The position numbers and the translations under genes were made by a program. DNA of 22,035 bases from a bacterium ADurb.Bin243 (GTDB taxonomy: Bacteria > Muiribacteriota > UBA9980). The stretch lies in assembly GCA_002069765.1 (NCBI GenBank), contig MWBZ01000061.1:1-22035 (forward strand). Reading direction: 5' to 3'. The notes under the pieces were generated by a model. That model had not been told where the DNA came from, ran no database searches, and saw only the letters and a program-made list of their open reading frames with translations. Below are positions 7,314 to 12,276 of the stretch, one piece after another (within the stretch, counting starts at the first letter, position 1; each line of letters begins with the position of its first letter).

Positions 7314-7952
7314 TTATTCCTGAACGTAAACGTAGTTTTTATCGACTTTAACTATATTGACTTTTCTGTTTTTTTCGATAGGTTTTCCGTCGAGCGAACG
7401 CGCCATGGCTACCTGCCGTCTTCCTTTGGCGGCGAATACGAGCTGGCCTATAGGGTTTTCATCGTTGATTCCGACGGTGAGGTCTCCGGCGAGCCCTATC
7501 ATGTCTTCGTAGCGCACGTTGGACGTGCTCTGGACTTCTCTAAAGAGCATGGCGAAGGCGTAAAAAGTGAATACCGCTATTACCACGGCGAATATGACGC
7601 TTGAAACCACGCCCATTGGAGCGAAATTGGCCCCGAAAACCTTCTGCCAGCATATGCCGAAGCCGCCGAACGAAGTGGCGAAAACCGAAATAGTCATCGG
7701 CGAAAGAAGCGAAGGGCCGGAAAGATTTGAGTCTGAATGCATTTCGGCGCTTTGAGGCTCGCCGTGGCCGGCGTGGACGGTATCCGTCGAAGCCGCGTTT
7801 TCACCGTGGACAAGTTCGTGCGAGGAGGCCATATCGCCGTGATGGATGTCGGTGTCGCCCGAGACCGCCGAAAAAACGGCTGAAAGCACCGCGAAACCAA
7901 GGCCCAATACGAAAGAAAAAGTGTAGATCGAATTCAAATTGGCTTCTATCAT
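7314..7952 (-). CDS. NfeD-family membrane protein (YqiJ/YuaF-like), operon partner of flotillin
   Basis: Three hydrophobic helices and a His-rich loop, then a C-terminal OB-fold beta domain (GDLTVGINDENPIGQLVFAAKGRRQVAMARSLDGKPIEKNRKVNIVKVDKNYVYV). Start moved to ATG 7952 (MIEANLN...), which has an AAAGGAGA RBS. The upstream 20 codons of the tracked ORF do not look protein-like. Confidence 0.75.
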   Translation of the reverse strand: MIEANLNSIYTFSFVLGLGFAVLSAVFSAVSGDTDIHHGDMASSHELVHGENAASTDTVHAGHGEPQSAEMHSDSNLSGPSLLSPMTISVFATSFGGFGICWQKVFGANFAPMGVVSSVIFAVVIAVFTFYAFAMLFREVQSTSNVRYEDMIGLAGDLTVGINDENPIGQLVFAAKGRRQVAMARSLDGKPIEKNRKVNIVKVDKNYVYVQE

Positions 7953-8121
7953 AAAAATCTCCTTTGCGGGGGTGTATCGCGCCAACGCGGAAACAATAAA
8001 CGGCTGGCGCATGAAATAAACCGCCGCGCCTCATTAAAACCTTTAAATTATCTTAACATATTTAAGAATATATGTCAATTTTATTATATTCTTTTTTTAA
8101 CCTCATGTGTTTTCATTTAGC

Positions 8122-8151
8122 TTGACTGATATAACTATTTCATGTTATAAT
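8122..8151 (+). promoter_or_regulatory. Candidate sigma70 promoter for the HAD gene: TTGACT, 18-nt spacer, TGtTATAAT
   Basis: TTGACT at 8122-8127; extended -10 TG at 8143-8144 with TATAAT at 8146-8151. The -10 ends only 9 nt before the ATG at 8161, which implies a leaderless or near-leaderless transcript. Confidence 0.4.
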
Positions 8152-8160
8152 TTTTTCGTC

Positions 8161-8829
8161 ATGCATAAACAAAAGAAGAAAAGGCTTATACTTCTGGACA
8201 TAGACGATACTCTTTTTCGCTGCGACACTTTCGTGGCGTTTATAGCGTACTATCTTCGCCTAAATCCTTCGAGGGCTTTCGTGCTGCCCTGGATTCTGCT
8301 GCTGGCCGTTTTTTTTAAGCTGGGCGCGGTTTCAAACGTCACGCTCAAGCAAAACGCTCTGCTGATTTTAAAAGGCGAAACCCGCGCGTGCCTTGCCGCT
8401 TACGCCGGCAGGTTTTTGCGCCGCCTTTTCGCCGCAAAGCTCAATTTTTCCGTTTCTGAAGCTATAAAAAAACTTGTCGCTACGGGCCTTTACGATATCA
8501 TAGTAATTTCCGCTTCCCCGTCTTTTTACATAGAAACCATAGGCGGCAGGATAAACGCCCTGCGCACCATCGCCACCAATATTAAATTTGACGAATATGA
8601 CCGCCTGGTTCCGGTTCTTGACGGAAATAACTGCAAGGGCGAAGAAAAAATAACCCGCCTCAGGCAGGAGATAAACCTCGAAGATTACGACCTCGAAAAT
8701 TCATACGCTTTCTCAGACAGCGTTACCGACCTTCCCATGTTCGAGCTTGTAGGCAGGCCCGTGGCCGTTACGCCGGATTCAAAGCTTATGGCGCTCGCGC
8801 TCGACAAAAAATATATAATAATAAAATAA
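8161..8829 (+). CDS. HAD-superfamily hydrolase, subfamily IB (phosphoserine-phosphatase-like)
   Basis: Motif I LLDIDDTLF (DxDxT) sits near the N-terminus. Also present: motif II ISASPSF (S/T), the Lys of motif III in GNNCKGEEK, and the acidic motif IV SDSVTDLPM. Start set to ATG 8161 (MHKQKKKR...) rather than the upstream 8107 of the ORF track. Confidence 0.75.
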   Translation: MHKQKKKRLILLDIDDTLFRCDTFVAFIAYYLRLNPSRAFVLPWILLLAVFFKLGAVSNVTLKQNALLILKGETRACLAAYAGRFLRRLFAAKLNFSVSEAIKKLVATGLYDIIVISASPSFYIETIGGRINALRTIATNIKFDEYDRLVPVLDGNNCKGEEKITRLRQEINLEDYDLENSYAFSDSVTDLPMFELVGRPVAVTPDSKLMALALDKKYIIIK

Positions 8830-8840
8830 TTGCGTACAGG

Positions 8841-9722
8841 CTATTTTGCGGCCGCTATGATCGCGGCTCCGGCTATCATAAGAACCGAAGCCGTTATTCT
8901 GGCGCCCGCGCCGCGTTCACCGAATATTACCGAAGATATGGCTACGGCGAAAAAAATCTGCAGCATGGTCAGCGATTTGACGTACACCACGTTCGAGGCG
9001 GAGTTTTTGCAGTATTCGACAGCCAGCATCTGCGAAGCGAAAGCGGTTATCCCGAAAAAGCCCTGTATGAATAAATGCAGGAAATGCGATTTAAATTGAG
9101 AAATATAAATTTTCGAGTTTTTGCCCGCGAAAAAAAGAGGGCAAAAAATCAGCGCCGAAAAAGCGTTCCAGCAGATGGAATATATAATGCCTCCCGCTCC
9201 GGCGCTTTCTATGGCGGTCTTGTCCAGGACCGTGGTCAGTCCCAATATTATCGCGGAAATGAAAAAAAGCGCAGCCCCGCCTCCTGCCGCGGGCGCCCTG
9301 TCATGCACCGCGTTTTGCCTGCCGATTATATACGCGCCCGAACAAAGAAGAAATATTCCGGCCAGGCAATACTTTCCGGGCAGAGCCCCGTGGATTACAT
9401 AAACCCAGAATGCCATGAAAAACGGGACGAAAGAAAGAAACGGAAGCGAAGCGGAAATATCGTAATTTTTAACCGAATAAAACTGTATGACCGAAGAAAC
9501 GGCGGTCAAAACGGATGTGGCCACTACCGTAGCCATAAGCAGATTGGCGTTAAAGCCGCGCGCCTCGATAACGAACGCGAGCGGCGCGATTAAAAGCGCG
9601 CCGAAAAATCTTACGGAAAAAGTTATTACGAGCGAGCTCGCTTGCGAAAGGTATTTTTTAACGAAAATATAGCGCAGGGCGTAAAAAAACGCCGCAATAA
9701 GGCTCAGCGATATCCATTGCAT
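8841..9722 (-). CDS. EamA/DMT-superfamily transporter (10 TM)
   Basis: 293-aa protein with about 10 TM segments in two 5-TM halves. N-terminus MQWISLSLIAAFFYALRYIFVKKYL is typical of the EamA family. It is the last gene of the minus-strand run Tim44-like -> ankyrin -> EamA, 40 nt downstream of the ankyrin gene. Confidence 0.75.
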   Translation of the reverse strand: MQWISLSLIAAFFYALRYIFVKKYLSQASSLVITFSVRFFGALLIAPLAFVIEARGFNANLLMATVVATSVLTAVSSVIQFYSVKNYDISASLPFLSFVPFFMAFWVYVIHGALPGKYCLAGIFLLCSGAYIIGRQNAVHDRAPAAGGGAALFFISAIILGLTTVLDKTAIESAGAGGIIYSICWNAFSALIFCPLFFAGKNSKIYISQFKSHFLHLFIQGFFGITAFASQMLAVEYCKNSASNVVYVKSLTMLQIFFAVAISSVIFGERGAGARITASVLMIAGAAIIAAAK

Positions 9723-9762
9723 TATTTATCAGCGCCCCGCCGAGAGTCCAAGCGTTTTGCCT

Positions 9763-11025
9763 TCATTTTTTAGCCCGGCTTAAAAGTTCATAAATCTTAT
9801 CGTGGCCCTGTTTTTGCGCAAGGGTAAACGGCGTATCGCCGTGGAGAGTGGTAATGTTAATGTCCGCGCCGGATTCTATAAGGATTTTCACCGCTTCGTA
9901 ATGGCCGTTATATACCGCCCAGGTAAGCGCGGTGTCGCGGTACCCGGTTTCGGCGTTCACATTGGCGCCGCGGTTTATAAGAAGCCTTATGATGTCGCAG
10001 TTACCGTTCTTCGAAGCGTAGATCAGCGGCTTTAAATTGCTGAAATTAGAGTGTTCGTGGTTCGCGCCTTTTTCCAGAAGCATCTGGACCACTCCTGTGA
10101 AACCGCCGTCTATGGCGTAAAACAGGGCCGTATTTCCCGCGATATCCACGGATTCCATTGAGGCGCCTTTGTCGATCAAAAGCTTCACCAGGTCGGTAAA
10201 GCCCTTTTTGGCTGAATGCATTAAAGGAGTCATGGACGAAGAGTCCATTGCGTTGAGGTCGAAAATTCCGGATTCTATAAGGTTTTGAGCCGATTTAACG
10301 TCTGAATTTTGGATATATTGTATTATCATTGAATTGACGGCCAGTCTGCTTTTTTTTGCGGCCGGACGCGCCGGAGTTTTTTTAGGTTGGGCGCTCTGGC
10401 TTTTTTTGGCGCTCTGCCTGGACGGATAAGGCTGGAGCGCCTCTTCATTTTTTGAAACGTATATGCCGATCGCTATCAAAAAAAGGAGCATTACGAAACC
10501 GTATTTTAGTATGGTTATGATAAATGAAAATACGCCGGCTATAAAGCTCGAAGTTTGCCTGGCTTCGGAAGTGCAAATATATCTTCCGCCTTCCGGTTTG
10601 AGGGGAGTATGCGTTTTCGAAGCTTTTCCGGCTATAAGCGCGGCGATTTCTTTCTGGGAGTATAATTCTGCCAGTTCCGCCGCGGCCAGGCCGGAGCGGT
10701 CCTTTAAATAAACGCTCGCGCCTCTTTTTATAAGAGCCGCCGCCGCCTGTACGTTTGAATATGAGATAGCGTACATAAGGGCGCTGTTTCCGGAATCGTC
10801 GGTTTTATCGATTTTTGCGCCGTGATTTATCAGGCAGTCGATTATTTCTGCGTTAGAGGCCATGGACGCTATCATCAGTAACGTGGTTCCGGCTTTGTCA
10901 GACCAGCCGGCCAGCGATTTTTCAGAAGATAATATCTTTACGAGGCCCGCTTTATCGCCCGACAAAACGGCCGCGATCAGCCGGTCGTAATTATTATTGA
11001 GTTTTGCGTTGATATCAGCGCCCAT
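9763..11025 (-). CDS. Ankyrin-repeat protein with a central hydrophobic membrane anchor (3 ANK, ~32-aa hydrophobic segment, Lys/Pro-rich basic linker, 5 ANK)
   Basis: ANK consensus tetrapeptides and helix pairs recur: G.TLLMIASMASNAEIIDCLINHGAKID, TPLMHSAKKGFTDLVKLLIDKGAS, NTALFYAIDGG...VQMLLEKGAN, LKPLIYASKNGNCDIIRLLINRGANVN, DTALTWAVYNGHYEAVKILIESGADIN. The hydrophobic stretch is SSFIAGVFSFIITILKYGFVMLLFLIAIGIYV, followed by a basic linker (KKSQSAQPKKTPARPAAKKSR). AAGGTGA RBS upstream. Confidence 0.8.
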   Translation of the reverse strand: MGADINAKLNNNYDRLIAAVLSGDKAGLVKILSSEKSLAGWSDKAGTTLLMIASMASNAEIIDCLINHGAKIDKTDDSGNSALMYAISYSNVQAAAALIKRGASVYLKDRSGLAAAELAELYSQKEIAALIAGKASKTHTPLKPEGGRYICTSEARQTSSFIAGVFSFIITILKYGFVMLLFLIAIGIYVSKNEEALQPYPSRQSAKKSQSAQPKKTPARPAAKKSRLAVNSMIIQYIQNSDVKSAQNLIESGIFDLNAMDSSSMTPLMHSAKKGFTDLVKLLIDKGASMESVDIAGNTALFYAIDGGFTGVVQMLLEKGANHEHSNFSNLKPLIYASKNGNCDIIRLLINRGANVNAETGYRDTALTWAVYNGHYEAVKILIESGADINITTLHGDTPFTLAQKQGHDKIYELLSRAKK

Positions 11026-11065
11026 TAATCACCTTATATAAAAATAACATCGTTTTTAAAACAGG

Positions 11066-12037
11066 TTAACCGCCGGATATAATTTCATCCGCGATCCAGC
11101 CGTCATCTTCGTAAACGAAGTTCCACTGCTCGCAGAATTCGTCCGGCGCGTATTCGTCGCCGTCCACTATGCGCCCGGTGTTTTCGTCTATTACATAATC
11201 TATCATTGAAGCCCTTATAATCGTTTTCATGCGTCCGCCGCCGCCGTAACCGTCGGGTTCGAGCCCGTTTCCGCCGCCGGCGACTTCTACTATTTTGACG
11301 TCTATGATATTTATGTTTTTTAAAATATTTTTTTCCTGCTTGTGCAGCATATCTTCTATCTGCCTCTGGTGCTTGTAAAAAAGCCTCTGGCTCACATAGC
11401 TTTCGGCATATGAAGGCTCGCGCTCGCTCCAGGCTTCCTGCACCCGCATGAATACTTCCTTCACGCGTTCTTTTAATTCATACAGGTCGTTTCTGGGCGC
11501 TTCGGGCACGTCGGCGATATCCATGGAACGGCTGCCGTAAGAGCGTCCGGAACCCCCGAACGAGCCGCCATAGCCGCCCTGATATGACGAAGCGCTTCCG
11601 AAGCCGGGCGACGAAGACGGGAAAAAAGAAGTTCCACCGGAAGATGATTTAGAAGTCAGGAAATGTATTACGCCGATTACGGCTATTATAATGAAGGTGA
11701 AAAAAAGGATTATGGCCGAAGAAAAATGGCCGCGGCTCGACGAATAATATCCCCTCGCATAAGAAGAAGGATAGCTTCTGCGGCTGCTCGAAGAATATCC
11801 GGAGTAACCCGAGCGCCCGTAACTGCTCGAAGAATATCCGCGGCTGTAGCTAGAATAACTGCTAGACGAACTGTAAGAGCGTGAAGACGAGCCTCCGCTC
11901 CTTCCGGCGCGCGCTTCGCAAATGCCGCTCGAAAAGAAAGCGGCAAATGAAAACGCCGTTAAAACTGCGAGAAAAATTAAAATCGTTTTTTTAACGAATT
12001 TTTTATTCGTAAAATTTGTGCTTGTAAAATAATTCAT
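11066..12037 (-). CDS. Tim44-like-domain membrane protein with S/Y/R/G low-complexity regions
   Basis: N-terminal signal/TM segment (ILIFLAVLTAFSFAAFF). A ~55-aa SY/RS-rich segment follows (SSSRSYSSSSSYSSYSRGYSSSSYGRSGYSGYSSSSRRSYPSSYARGYYSSSRG). Then a second TM (AIILFFTFIIIAVIGVIHFL) and a G/S/Y-rich stretch. The C-terminal ~150 aa match the Tim44-like / NTF2-fold pattern (...GRIVDGDEYAPDEFCEQWNFVYEDDGWIADEI). Confidence 0.65.
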   Translation of the reverse strand: MNYFTSTNFTNKKFVKKTILIFLAVLTAFSFAAFFSSGICEARAGRSGGSSSRSYSSSSSYSSYSRGYSSSSYGRSGYSGYSSSSRRSYPSSYARGYYSSSRGHFSSAIILFFTFIIIAVIGVIHFLTSKSSSGGTSFFPSSSPGFGSASSYQGGYGGSFGGSGRSYGSRSMDIADVPEAPRNDLYELKERVKEVFMRVQEAWSEREPSYAESYVSQRLFYKHQRQIEDMLHKQEKNILKNINIIDVKIVEVAGGGNGLEPDGYGGGGRMKTIIRASMIDYVIDENTGRIVDGDEYAPDEFCEQWNFVYEDDGWIADEIISGG

Positions 12038-12065
12038 TTCAACACCTTTTTTTAATCGCTAAATT

Positions 12066-12094
12066 ATTATACCAGAATAATTTAAAAGTATCAA
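12066..12094 (-). promoter_or_regulatory. Candidate sigma70 promoter for the Tim44-like/ankyrin/EamA unit: TTGATA, 17-nt spacer, TATAAT on the minus strand
   Basis: On the minus strand, TTGATA is 12094..12089 and TATAAT is 12071..12066 (perfect -10). About 25 nt downstream lie an AAGGTG RBS and the ATG at 12037. Confidence 0.45.
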
Positions 12095-12152
12095 TTCATT
12101 ATTGCCGCCCGGTTCAAATTTTTAAGATATCTAAATTTATCTCATTTTTATA

Positions 12153-12181
12153 TTGAATTTTACTTCGGTTTGGTATAGAAT
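12153..12181 (+). promoter_or_regulatory. Candidate sigma70 promoter for the MVP-like gene: TTGAAT, 17-nt spacer, TAGAAT, divergent from the previous promoter
   Basis: TTGAAT at 12153-12158 and TAGAAT at 12176-12181. Leader to the ATG at 12277 is ~90 nt. Confidence 0.35.
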
Positions 12182-12276
12182 TATTACGTTATGGTTCAGG
12201 CGTTAAATGCCGGCCCATTGTTTAAAAAGAAAGTTCTTTAATTTTTAAATAATAATTATTGCGCAAAGGAGCGAAC

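Noticed and set aside
8830-9593. + strand ORFs 8830-9099, 9075-9593 and 9121-9402 overlapping the EamA gene
   Set aside because: They are antisense to a 10-TM DMT transporter CDS with the typical N-terminus. Their translations are basic, low-complexity and unprotein-like.
953-12276. Alternative upstream non-ATG starts proposed by the ORF track (GTG 953 for nusG, GTG 3097 for rplJ, ATG 3729 for rplL, 8107 for HAD, TTG 12259 for MVP-like, 8012 for NfeD)
   Set aside because: In each case an in-frame ATG slightly downstream has a properly spaced Shine-Dalgarno or starts at the conserved N-terminus of the family, or both, and the extra upstream residues are not family-like. Coordinates were adjusted accordingly; the original starts remain possible.
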